Assembly: GCA_009859145.1 (NCBI GenBank)
Contig: VRVR01000059.1
Span: 67,204 to 114,142 of the forward strand
Length of the DNA: 46,939 nucleotides
Direction: 5' to 3'
Source: Andalucia godoyi And28
Lineage: Eukaryota; Protista; Jakobida
This document shows positions 20,460 through 30,349 of this stretch, in pieces. Position numbers and translations under genes: made by a program. Within the stretch, counting starts at the first letter, position 1. Each line of letters opens with the position of its first letter. Below the pieces are notes generated by a model that saw nothing but the letters and a program-made list of their open reading frames with translations, was not told the origin of the DNA and did no database searches.

Positions 20460-22257
20460 CGTGAGAACGAGGTCGTCGATAGAAAAAAACACTGAGGAGA
20501 AAAGAAAAAAACAAAGGGAGGGAAAAAGAAAACCTCAGACAAGAAGAGATGTGCAAGGAGGGATGGCTTTTCCCGCCAATTTGTTACAGCAGGAAACGGG
20601 CTCTTGCAAAAAAATGGCTTTTTTGGTATGTGCCCCTGGACGTCTTCGAAAATCTCAATTATCACATTCCAGATCGGCAACAAATGCATTTTTTCGCAAC
20701 ACTGAGAATATGAGATTTGAAATGTCGTTCCAAAAAAGAAAGTTAGGCATTCCGGAGGTGGAGAAACGACGGAGAGGCACAGCGATCACATGGAGGGAGG
20801 TATCAACATCTCCAATCTGAGAAACGAGCAAACCAAAAAAAAGAAGATAAGGTGGAAGAGAAACTCATGCGGCGCATCCGTTTGGCTCCTGATTCTTCCG
20901 TCCAAATGGGTGTGGGGAGATCAACAACAGGAACTCACACACCCGCGAGACGGAAAACTGCACTGCATCTGATTCTGAATCGAAGCCCACCAGCGAAGAT
21001 CTCTCTGGCTGAACTGCATTGTGTATAACAAAACGAGTTGCCCAAACGGTAAACATGCATGAATGCGGATTGTGAAAAGCAAAATGATAATATCGAAAAC
21101 CCTTATTCGAATCAACTGAAGGCATGACGAGAACGTGAAAACCGTCCATGGCCAGCATCGGAAATCATTTTCCAGCAGAAGTACGACAGAACCGCCGAAC
21201 AGGAAACAGAATGCACGATGCGCCGCTCGACGCAATAATACAGTCATCGTGATCTCATCGCTTGAGAAAAGCTCTGGCATGCAGCAAACTCTGGGAAATT
21301 TCAGTGAGATATCCGGACAGACAAGCAGGGATTCAGGAAGCACCTCTGATGCTTCATGAAATGAACGATCTCGAAGAGGGACTGGCTTCACTGTCGAGAC
21401 TGAGAACGACCCATTCCAGTGATAGGTGTCTTTCAAGTGTAACATTCGTTTTTGTGGAAACGGTTATGGTCACGTACTGCAATCGCACCGCAAACAGAAG
21501 CGTTGAAGGGTAAATTCAATCACTTTCGGAGTTCACTCAGTCGAACAGCACGCCGAGTGCCAGGTATAACGCCGATCCTGTGTCTCCGGAAAGAACGCCT
21601 CGCTGCAAATTGTTGCTAACTGTCCGTAAACGATATCGAAACAATTTGAAAGTGCAATAAAGGAATGAACACCGGTCTTACTTGGAGTCTATGGAAAGCA
21701 AATCTCACCCGAACGCCATCCCAGTAACCTGAATTTCCGGCAAGGAGGGAGAATTTTAGAGTACACTCTCGCAAACTAACAATTGCGCCACAAATGCTGT
21801 ATTGAAACATGGACATCACTCACCAAAGGTGATAGCCACCACTTCATGCTGATTCATCATTTCGAACCTCAAACGCTTGTTCATCTAAGCTCCTCCGTAT
21901 GTGATGCCTGGCGTGGGTCCAACAATCCATTCGATTTGTTGTAAAGTAATACGAACTTAAGGAATATCAGATTCAACATCCTTCTTCTTTTGGCTGATGG
22001 CCTTTTGATTTAGTGTGTGGGGTTTTAAATTTCAGTTTTGCGTTAGCAGCACTTGTGCACGACGGACAAATTGAAATATATCCTGCGATCACCTCTTCAG
22101 TATTGTATTCCATCGAATACAAGATATAACCAGAGATAATAAAAGATATTTTGTGTCAGTAAGATTTATTTTCTAGAGAAACCAAACAAAAACAATTAAC
22201 CAAATAATCAAACAACTCCTTTAATATGAAGTCGGAGTATTGTTCCTCTGTAATCTC

Positions 22258-22317
22258 ACACGTCATAAAACACGTCATGATACACGTCGAAATGTGCGTA
22301 CGTCACACCATACGTTG
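22258..22317. promoter_or_regulatory. Array of five ACGT-core motifs (ACACGTCA x2, ACACGTCG, TACGTCA, TACGTTG); candidate bZIP-site cluster
   Basis: ACGT cores at 22260, 22272, 22284, 22300 and 22312, immediately beside an AT-rich tract. The motifs are read directly; their function is inferred. Confidence 0.45.
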
Positions 22318-23299
22318 CAACGAACCATAATGATATCGTACCCTGCAGGGGTTGACTGCAGCCCTCTGAGACACTGTTTCTCTACACTCAGATGGTCTGT
22401 TTTCTGCTTATGTTCCGCCGAACATGCGTTTCCTGCATGGAACTCTCATTCCGCCAAACTCGCTTTCTGACTTTCTAACATGGATTTGCGCAGCTCTTTT
22501 CCTGCATATCTTCCGTCTCTTTGGGAGGTATTTTCTTTTCTGTGGTCGTTCCGTTCCCCGTCGTCTGCATGGTGCGGTCGATGTTCTGTTTGTTTTGAGA
22601 TATATTATTTTCTGGTCAATGCAGCTGACCATTTTCCGCTTTCCGCGCTCCATATGTTGCACTTCCTTTAGCATGTTTGCGTCTCCGCCGTCAGCAGAAC
22701 TCTCACTTTCTTTTCTTTCTTTCTGTCGTTCAGTCTGCGTGTTTCACGAACTTGACCTGTTTCTCAAATAAAGGATTCCTCGTTTGTGTCTCTTCTGTCG
22801 GAATTGCACGTTCGACATTCCACCACTAACGCTCTTTTTCAGAGTCTGTCACATCGCATGCCGCTAGTGTTTGAACTTGATTGCTCGCTTATTGGATTAA
22901 GCTTGTTACTTATTTATTACCGGCTTTCTTCGGCGCCGCTGGGTCTTCCGAGATGTTTCTGTGATAGCTTGCGCTTCTTCGATAACAGCGCTTGCAGAGT
23001 GCAGGGGGTTTACCAAGGCACCTGCAGCGTGTGAGCGTATCCTGAAGACCTGCAAGAACACGAAGATTTTCTCTTTTCTTTCTTTTTTTAAATTGCTGTC
23101 CATGCCTTGTCTCAGGAGAAAGCTCCGAAGCCAAGCAGTCGTAGTTTCTTCCATGTTTCCTTTTGTCGGATCCTTTTGATCCTGCACAATTCTTTTAGGG
23201 TGTGCTTTCTGCGCTGGACCTTTTAATCTGTTGGCAAGTTTTCCGATTTTGTATGCTGACGTCTGCTCGAGTTTGCATTATTTTATTTGAACATTCGTA

Positions 23300-24610
23300 A
23301 TGCCCCGACGTCGGCCCCATGGTGGCGCCACCCCTAGAACATCTCCGATTGCTTCCCGTCTGTTTCTGGTGATTGCACCGCTGACATTCCTGTTCCTCTG
23401 TCTTTCCTTGACTCCTGTTTGTTCCGAAATCCCCGTTTTGGCCTATGTTCACAAGGCAATCGTTCCGACTGCTCGCGTTTCTGCACCTCGTACATTACAA
23501 GAGTCTGATTACAAGGTGCTCCTTCGTACGAAGTATCGAGTTGAGCTGTTGGATGAGCGTGGGTTGTCGAACGCATCGGAACTGGACTCCGCCCGCCAAC
23601 AGCTTTCCTGGAACTTCACTTCCCTTCCCAAGGTTGACCTCTCCGACATTTGGGATAATGGAGACCGTCCCACTATGTGGGGTCGTGTTCGACAGTTCAT
23701 GACAATTTCCAACATCATTGCCGTTTTGGCATCATTGATTGTCGTTCTTTCCTTGACTGTTGTCATTGGTGTGTATGTTGTTAATTGGGCGATGTTGCTA
23801 AATCTTGGTCGTGTTTTATGGACCATCGTCATATTTCTGTGGTATTTCATGGGGAGGATTCCACTGTTCATTGATTTCATCCTGTATTCTGTCCTTTTTT
23901 CCGTTGTTCGCTATGGGTACAGTTTTGACCCGTCGATTGCACATCTAATTGCATTTCCCGCATTTCTCTTTGCTCCCGTTCTGCTGTTTATTCTTTCCAA
24001 ATATCATCGTCTTCCTACAAACCCGTCAGGTGCGACTGGATTGTTGGACTATGCATGTGCCTGTATGGTGGTGGGAGCGTGGGTTTTCGATTCAACAATC
24101 ATGGGTGTGGCGTTTGCTGCTCTTTTGCACGTACGAAATGGATTTTTGTGTTTTGCTCCAATGACTGGATCTTTCGTCTTTGGGTTCCATGGTAAGGAAT
24201 CGATGGACCGCATCCTGCGCTTGACCGTGGGAATGGTGCTTGTTTTGGCTGCGACTTTCAGTATATCTGCTATTGACATGTTTCGTCCCGGCTTGTCATT
24301 TTTTGGCCTATTCTGCTTGTTTCTTAATCTGTTAATTCGCTCTACCATTCGTGAACCTTTCTACTGGTTTTGGAATACCATGTTTCTTTTGGCATTTGCA
24401 ATTTCATGCAGCGGCGGCGCATTTGGAGTCTTACCTTCCGGAATTCAGGTTGCTTGCACATTCTTGGTGTTCTGGATCCTGGAGAAACAAATTGAAGTCC
24501 CTATGCACGTTCCAGCAGCATTCTGGCTAAGACTTCTTGGCGTCGGGTTTGTTTTGTTTGGCGTGGGGCTATTCTCTCGATCGCATCCCGAGTTGTTTTT
24601 GTTTTCTTAA
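23300..24610 (+). CDS. Uncharacterised multi-pass membrane protein, 436 aa
   Basis: Intact ORF with an N-terminal hydrophobic signal or anchor, a soluble segment of about 90 aa, and then roughly 9-10 hydrophobic helices ending GLFSRSHPELFLFS. Confidence 0.85.
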   Translation: MPRRRPHGGATPRTSPIASRLFLVIAPLTFLFLCLSLTPVCSEIPVLAYVHKAIVPTARVSAPRTLQESDYKVLLRTKYRVELLDERGLSNASELDSARQQLSWNFTSLPKVDLSDIWDNGDRPTMWGRVRQFMTISNIIAVLASLIVVLSLTVVIGVYVVNWAMLLNLGRVLWTIVIFLWYFMGRIPLFIDFILYSVLFSVVRYGYSFDPSIAHLIAFPAFLFAPVLLFILSKYHRLPTNPSGATGLLDYACACMVVGAWVFDSTIMGVAFAALLHVRNGFLCFAPMTGSFVFGFHGKESMDRILRLTVGMVLVLAATFSISAIDMFRPGLSFFGLFCLFLNLLIRSTIREPFYWFWNTMFLLAFAISCSGGAFGVLPSGIQVACTFLVFWILEKQIEVPMHVPAAFWLRLLGVGFVLFGVGLFSRSHPELFLFS

Positions 24611-25518
24611 GTTTGATCCCTCCCCCTCCCCTGTTCGTTCGTTCTTTGTTGTTTGCGCTTTCATATCTGTTGCTCAGCTTGCATTCTCATGCCGAGGGAT
24701 TTGGATCATCACCACGAATGTGAATTTTACGTTACGCAGAAGTACAGCGAAGGAGAGTGAATTCAAAGCCAAGGGGTTTCTGCGATTACAGGGGCTTCGG
24801 AAGTGAAGATTACAACCAGATTTTCGCAATTAACAGTGTCCCAGCTTGGAGACCCTGCATTCCAGATGTTCAAGGATGATGAATGACGACTCTGCTTTCT
24901 CCCATTCGATTGAAGGAGTGGAATTTAGAATTTGTGTAGCGACAAGACCAAGGTCATTCACTATTCGCGTTGGCAGCCAAAGATGTTGATCCTTATTGAT
25001 TAGCACACTTCAGAGCCCCGTTTGTCGGCAGAATTTAGTTTGACGTTTGGAGTGGCACATCAAAGTGCAAACTCGGAGCAGTAAGATTTCCCAATATGGG
25101 ATACACGGTCGTCAGTATCGGCGCTTGCGATTCACTGCATCAATACCAACTGGCTCTAATATGGGTGCAAATTGCAATGTTGCATGACAATCGATCCTAC
25201 GAAGCCAATCGTCTAGGTTATTATTGTAGAGTCGTCTGTAAAAAAGCAGCGCGGACACGCTGCCGTCGTGCCTTGCACACAGTGTAAACAAGTCTACGCT
25301 CAATTGACACTAGATCGCAAACGCTATTTTTGTTCCGAGCTTTCCCCCCGCCATTGCCTCTCTCTGCCCTCCATAGTCCAGAGCGCACGATCCGCTTCAG
25401 CGGAAGGTTTCGCATTTCCGCTTTTCCCCAGGTTTCGAATGTTCTTTTGTTGTTGTTTGGCTGTGGCTTGCTAGACACCTACCGGAAACAAAAGCTGCAG
25501 TGGTAGTTTGCAGGACAA

Positions 25519-27012
25519 ATGTCTTTTTCTCAAGTATGCCCGCCTTCTGTTTGGCACGCACGTGCTTCGTCTACCCTTGATTCTGAACATTTCGACGTGG
25601 CCATTGTTGGCGCGGGAATTGCTGGCATTTCTGCGGCATTGACGTTGCAACGGTTGATCGTCTCTCAGAAGCCATCCGTTCGCCAAATCTCAAAGATTGC
25701 ACTGATTGAGCGTGGACAGATTGCGTCTCCCTCTTCTGGTGCATCGACTCGAAATGCAGGTTTCTTGATGCGAGGATGTGCTGATAATTATGCAGAGGCA
25801 GTTTCCGTGTTTGGTCGGGCCGAGGCCAAGCGGCTCTGGAAACTGTCCGAAGAAAACGTTTCGCGGTTAATGAATGAAGAACTAGTACCGCATGAAAAGC
25901 GCCCTTCGTGTCTTGTGGCAACATCTGTCGATGAAGCCGAGAGACTTGCACTGTCGGTCAAGATGATGATTGAAGATGGATTTGATGTTGTTGGGATTGA
26001 CATTGAAAAGTTCCGCCAACAGATGAGCAGCTCCAAGGATTCTGTCATTCCATCGTCTTTCATTACCGTCTCACCTGGATTGGATGCGAACAAGTATAAC
26101 AATCTGGACTCGGTGCTCTCCAGCGATGCTTCCCGATACGCTCTCATCAATCCGAACGATGGAGTGTGTGATCCTGTGCACGTGCTTCTTCACTTGAAGA
26201 AGAAGTTTGATTCGTCCATCGTCTCTATTTTAGAAGATTGTTCTGTTCAGTCGTTGCTGCTGCCTTTCAACAACAAGAATGGATCGGTGGAGCTGCAGTG
26301 CATTCTCCCGTCGTCTGGTACTTCGGGAACGTCCACCTGCGGTCGCCATATTATTGCGAAGCAGGTTCTGCTCTGCATGAATGCTTACGCCCCAAGCTTG
26401 GTCCCGGGGCTGAGCAATTGGGTGCAGCCTGTGCGTGGGCAGATGCTTGCTTTTGCATGTCCGCTTTCCGATGCCAGGGTGCTGTATTCGTATTATGTGA
26501 ACCATGGATACGAGTACTTGAGACGACTTGACAATGCTACGGTAATCATTGGCGGCTGGAGGCGAAGACATGCTGAGCGTGAAGTCGGCTATGACGTCTG
26601 TCCCACCACAGAGGTTCAGAGCGGACTCGAGTGTGCTGCGTCTGTTTTATTGAGTGGAAAAATAGGCCGACCCACCGGATCGGTTCCTATGCGAAATCAT
26701 GTTGTGAATCACCGCTGGGCTGGAACAATGGGGTTCTCTCCAGATCACTTGCCCATTGCATCCGCATTGTTCTCCAAAATGCTTGTTCCCCACTACTTGG
26801 ACGAAGTGTACCCACCGGACGTCGAAAAGGCAGCGGTGGGTAAAGGCATGTGGGACACTCGTGTCTGGTTTTGCGGCGCATTTACAGGCCACGGTATGTC
26901 TCTTGGATTCGTCACCGCTGAATTGACCGTCAAAGCAATGATCACCGGCGCCGTGGAGCTCAATTCTTCGTTTGGCTCCTCCCGGCTGCTGAAGAAAACG
27001 GGCAAGCTGTAA
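25519..27012 (+). CDS. FAD-dependent oxidoreductase, DAO/glycine-oxidase superfamily (PuuB/OrdL-like), 497 aa
   Basis: DVAIVGAGIAGISAA, GASTRNAGF, VLLCMNAY, PVRGQM, YEYLRRL...IIGG, RWAGTMGFSPDHLPI and GAFTGHGMSLG. Confidence 0.9.
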   Translation: MSFSQVCPPSVWHARASSTLDSEHFDVAIVGAGIAGISAALTLQRLIVSQKPSVRQISKIALIERGQIASPSSGASTRNAGFLMRGCADNYAEAVSVFGRAEAKRLWKLSEENVSRLMNEELVPHEKRPSCLVATSVDEAERLALSVKMMIEDGFDVVGIDIEKFRQQMSSSKDSVIPSSFITVSPGLDANKYNNLDSVLSSDASRYALINPNDGVCDPVHVLLHLKKKFDSSIVSILEDCSVQSLLLPFNNKNGSVELQCILPSSGTSGTSTCGRHIIAKQVLLCMNAYAPSLVPGLSNWVQPVRGQMLAFACPLSDARVLYSYYVNHGYEYLRRLDNATVIIGGWRRRHAEREVGYDVCPTTEVQSGLECAASVLLSGKIGRPTGSVPMRNHVVNHRWAGTMGFSPDHLPIASALFSKMLVPHYLDEVYPPDVEKAAVGKGMWDTRVWFCGAFTGHGMSLGFVTAELTVKAMITGAVELNSSFGSSRLLKKTGKL

Positions 27013-27557
27013 TAAAACCCGAAAAACCAAAAACAAAAATCCAAAATCAAACAAACAAACACGGTGCTTCAGTTGATTTTTTATGCACAGCAGACGTAAA
27101 ATAATAATGGAAAAAAATGCTGAAGGTTCGGACGATAGCCGGCTCCCCCGAAAATTGTCGCCTCACGCTGACGCGGAAATCAATCTGCTTATCTTTGGTT
27201 TTCTCATTTTGCTCCATCTTTTTTCCCTGTTTTCTTTTCTTTTCTTTTCTTCCTTCTTCTTTCCTTTTCTCATTGGCGGTGATGATCTTCATGTATCAAG
27301 GCTTAATCTTTACTGATTCTTTTGATGAAAAATGCATGTCTGAGCTAATCCAACCGCAGCAATACGTCCTGCAATAGTTTGGTGTGGTTGCCTGCCACCC
27401 CGTACTTCACAGTCGGTGGTTTTCTGTTTTGTCTTGTCTGCAGTGTGTTTCTTCGTTTTCTTTCCATTTTGTTGTTGTTGTATAAAACATAAAAGACAGA
27501 GAAACCAATTGCCTGAACAGTCGTTGTTAATGGGAAAAGAAATAATTTTCATGTACA

Positions 27558-29810
27558 CTATCCGTCATTGCGCGGTTCTATGAGAACTCCTGACTTCATT
27601 CTCCGAGGCGATTCCGGAGAAAGCGGAATGAATTTTGCTCGAGCATTCTTGGGAGATCCGACGATTCGGACCACTTTCTCTCCGTCCAAGAAAATGAGAC
27701 TGTGTATGGAATTGGACATCATAATCCTAAACAGAGATTGTCTGCAGGACTGGTGTTAGCGTATTGTGGCCTTGTCCAGCGGAAAACACGCGAAAACAGA
27801 AAAAAACAAAAAACAAAAAACAGCAAAGATTACATACTGAGAACATAAATTACCCTTGGCTTTTGCTTCGCGAAGATTCTTCAGGCTGGACAAGCTTCGG
27901 ACAACCGCATGCAGATCACTGATTTCATTGTTTGAAATGTCCAGGCTGCAGAGTATTGTGAGAGGAATGCTGTTTTTCTTTCTTGTTTTCTTTTCAAAGG
28001 AAGAATGCATTAGAATACGTACCACTCGAGCGCCACCAAGTCTGCAATTGGGCTCAGCGACTCTATCCGGTTGCTTCTGCACCGCAGGTCACGCAACTTG
28101 TTGCAGTGCTGCAAACTGGTGAGAGAAACGATATAATTATAAGAGATGTCCAGTTCTGTGAGATGCACGAGCTTTTCGACGCCGACCAGGGAGCGCAAAT
28201 GGTTATGACTCATGTTAAGTCGTGTTAGCCGAGTCAGCTGCTGGGGTGGGTGCAAGAGACGATTGTAACTTACGTCGAGCACCCGGACTCGTGGCATGAA
28301 TCTTTCTACCTCCGTCGGCTGCTCCACCAGATTGTGCGACAGATCGGCAATCAAGATGCGTGCTCCCTCGTTGTCGGATCGCCGTTTCGCAACTGCCGCG
28401 AGCTGTTTGAAAAACAATACACAGAGTCTTCGTTAGTTCTGGTATAGCGGTATCATTGGGAGAGAGGCAAAACGTAAAAAACCAACAACATACAAGATCG
28501 AATTCTGTTCGGATTTTGCTGTGTGACACATCCAGCCGACTAACAGAAGACGAACTTCGAGAAGGCTCTTCTGCTTCACCACAAGAACTCTCGGAAACGT
28601 CGCAGTTTGTGTCGTCATCGACGTCCGCGACGGAATTCTGCACTGCGGGCTCCGCAATTTTTGGAGAAGCGTGCGATGGAGAAGAGTTTTTCCGGGAAAG
28701 GCTGGAAAGAGATTCCGGAGACCTCGGTGGAGACTCTTGCAGTGCTTGACTCAGCCTCTGCCGCAGACTGCTAGTATTACTATTACTCTTTTCGCTTACG
28801 GGATCCTCTGCTGCTGCTGCGAAGAACGGGACGTGTTCCATGGTTGCAACTTCGTGATGAATACTCTCTTGTGTCCGTCGGTAGCTGGATGATCTGGGTC
28901 CCGAGGATATCCAAGAATCTCCCGAATCGCTGTGCTTGTCGGAATCCGACCGACTATGAACACTCTTGTTTTCGTGTGTTGTTGGGCTGCCTCTGCGAGA
29001 TGTAGGAGGTGTTTTTCGAAATGCCTCCGTTCCCGGGATCTCATTTCGTTGGCGCGGAGAGTGCTGAGAATGCTTCCGGAAAACAGGTGGGGATATCTGT
29101 CTGTTTGAAGCAATGGAGGGAGACCTTGCCCGATGTTCTGCCACTTTGCAACGCACTGCGTCCGAGAGAGGAAGAGTTGTATGCGGCTGCACAAGCTCCT
29201 GCCGCGGTGCGTCTTGATCAGTCTCGACCGAGATGCTGCCCTGTCTTTCTCTCGCTATACTCTGCTTTTCCTCACCAGCAGGAACACCGTTGTCGAGCTC
29301 GTCCCACGGGCAGTCCTTGTTGTTCGCTTGAATTTCTGCAGTAATCAGAAACACCCCAAACTGCATTTTGACTTCAGATGAGTTTTTGTTTTGGAATGGA
29401 GTGCAATGTTCCGCAACATCCACAACCGCGGCCTTTCCGATCTCCACAGAAACATGGCGGCCCTTTGCATTCTTTGTTCTCCACATTAATTTTAGTCTCA
29501 GTTCCTTCTTCTTGAAGTAGACTGTGCGGTTTTCGACGGTGCGGCCTTTGTGAAATTTCATGGTCCCCCGAAACGCGGCTGTTGATGCAGTCATCTCATC
29601 GGCGAAGATAAATGTCTGTGGCTGTATGGTCCGTGCCGCTGCGCTTTCGTTCTGCGCCCACAGCACGAGTTCTCCGCACTGCCTGGACCCTCGTTGCCAT
29701 TTCAGCACAAGATCAGACGCGGGAGAAGGCTCACGGAAGCTTTCTTGTGGATATACATTCAAAATAGTAAACAAAAAGTCGCAGTCATATTTTTTCTTGT
29801 TTTTCAACAT
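27558..29810 (-). CDS. NT-C2 (EEIG1/EHBP1-type C2) + disordered linker + leucine-rich-repeat protein; 4 exons (29810-28494, 28402-28023, 27945-27838, 27741-27558), 662 aa
   Basis: N-terminal KKKYDCDFLFTILNV...LVLKWQRGSR...FKKKELRL...IGKAAVVDVAEH fits NT-C2. LRRs include LDVSYNRL, LNMSHNHL, LDISYNYI and LDISNNEI, with an LRRcap-like GNLC...FR...LIFLDGEKV. Introns 28403-28493, 27946-28022 and 27742-27837 (GTATGT/GTACGT...AG) keep the frame. Confidence 0.8.
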
Positions 29811-30214
29811 TGCGAACAAAACCCGGCTGGACAGCGCTGGCTTGCTACCAATGCCAGTGTCCCGTGACTGTCGTTTTTGACGGAGAGTTGGAAAAAGGAA
29901 AGCGAGGATAGCGAGGAAAGCAAGAAAATCAGCAGTTCGTAATGTACTCGCCAAAGCCTGATGGTCCGGATGCGAAAAAACAACGCAGGTTTTTTAAAAA
30001 ATCCTGTAATGCGTAAGCTGGCATACTTTCATGTTGTAGCTGCATATTCAGCAGCTGCATGCCCTCAGCCATTAACGTTTCTCGACATTTATTCAGGCAG
30101 AAGCTGCTGTAGAAAATGCTGTGACGTCGGCGTTGAACTTGAAGCTGAGAGCGTGACTTTACGGAATAGCCGCTTTCCTCGTTGCTTTTTGTTTTGTTTT
30201 TGGCTTCGTATCAT

Positions 30215-30296
<82 letters not shown>
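30215..30296. repeat. Compound microsatellite (TC)11(TG)8(AG)22
   Basis: Read directly; lies in the divergent spacer, 53 bp upstream of the HECT ATG. Confidence 0.97.
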
Positions 30297-30299
<3 letters not shown>

Positions 30300-30349
30300 T
30301 TTCTTAGTATAGGAAGGGTGATAGCATTGTCAAGTTTGTTGTTTTCAGG

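Noticed and set aside
20460-21677. A 406-codon minus-strand frame, in phase with SAMHD1, interrupted only by nine TGA codons (UGA recoding or selenoprotein idea)
   Set aside because: Only six minus-strand TAA/TAG triplets exist in this interval in any frame, so the chance that none falls in one frame is about (2/3)^6 = 0.09. The translation is unrecognisable, no SECIS is evident, and TGA is an ordinary stop elsewhere in the window.
24611-25518. Box C-like ATGATGA near 24877 (snoRNA) and short ORFs in the 0.9-kb spacer
   Set aside because: No matching box D or terminal stem at a suitable distance, and the ORFs are short and unrecognisable.
29961-30349. 284-aa ORF 29961-30815 and its RERERE segment
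   Set aside because: It runs through the microsatellite and overlaps the HECT gene in another frame, so it is a repeat-driven artefact.
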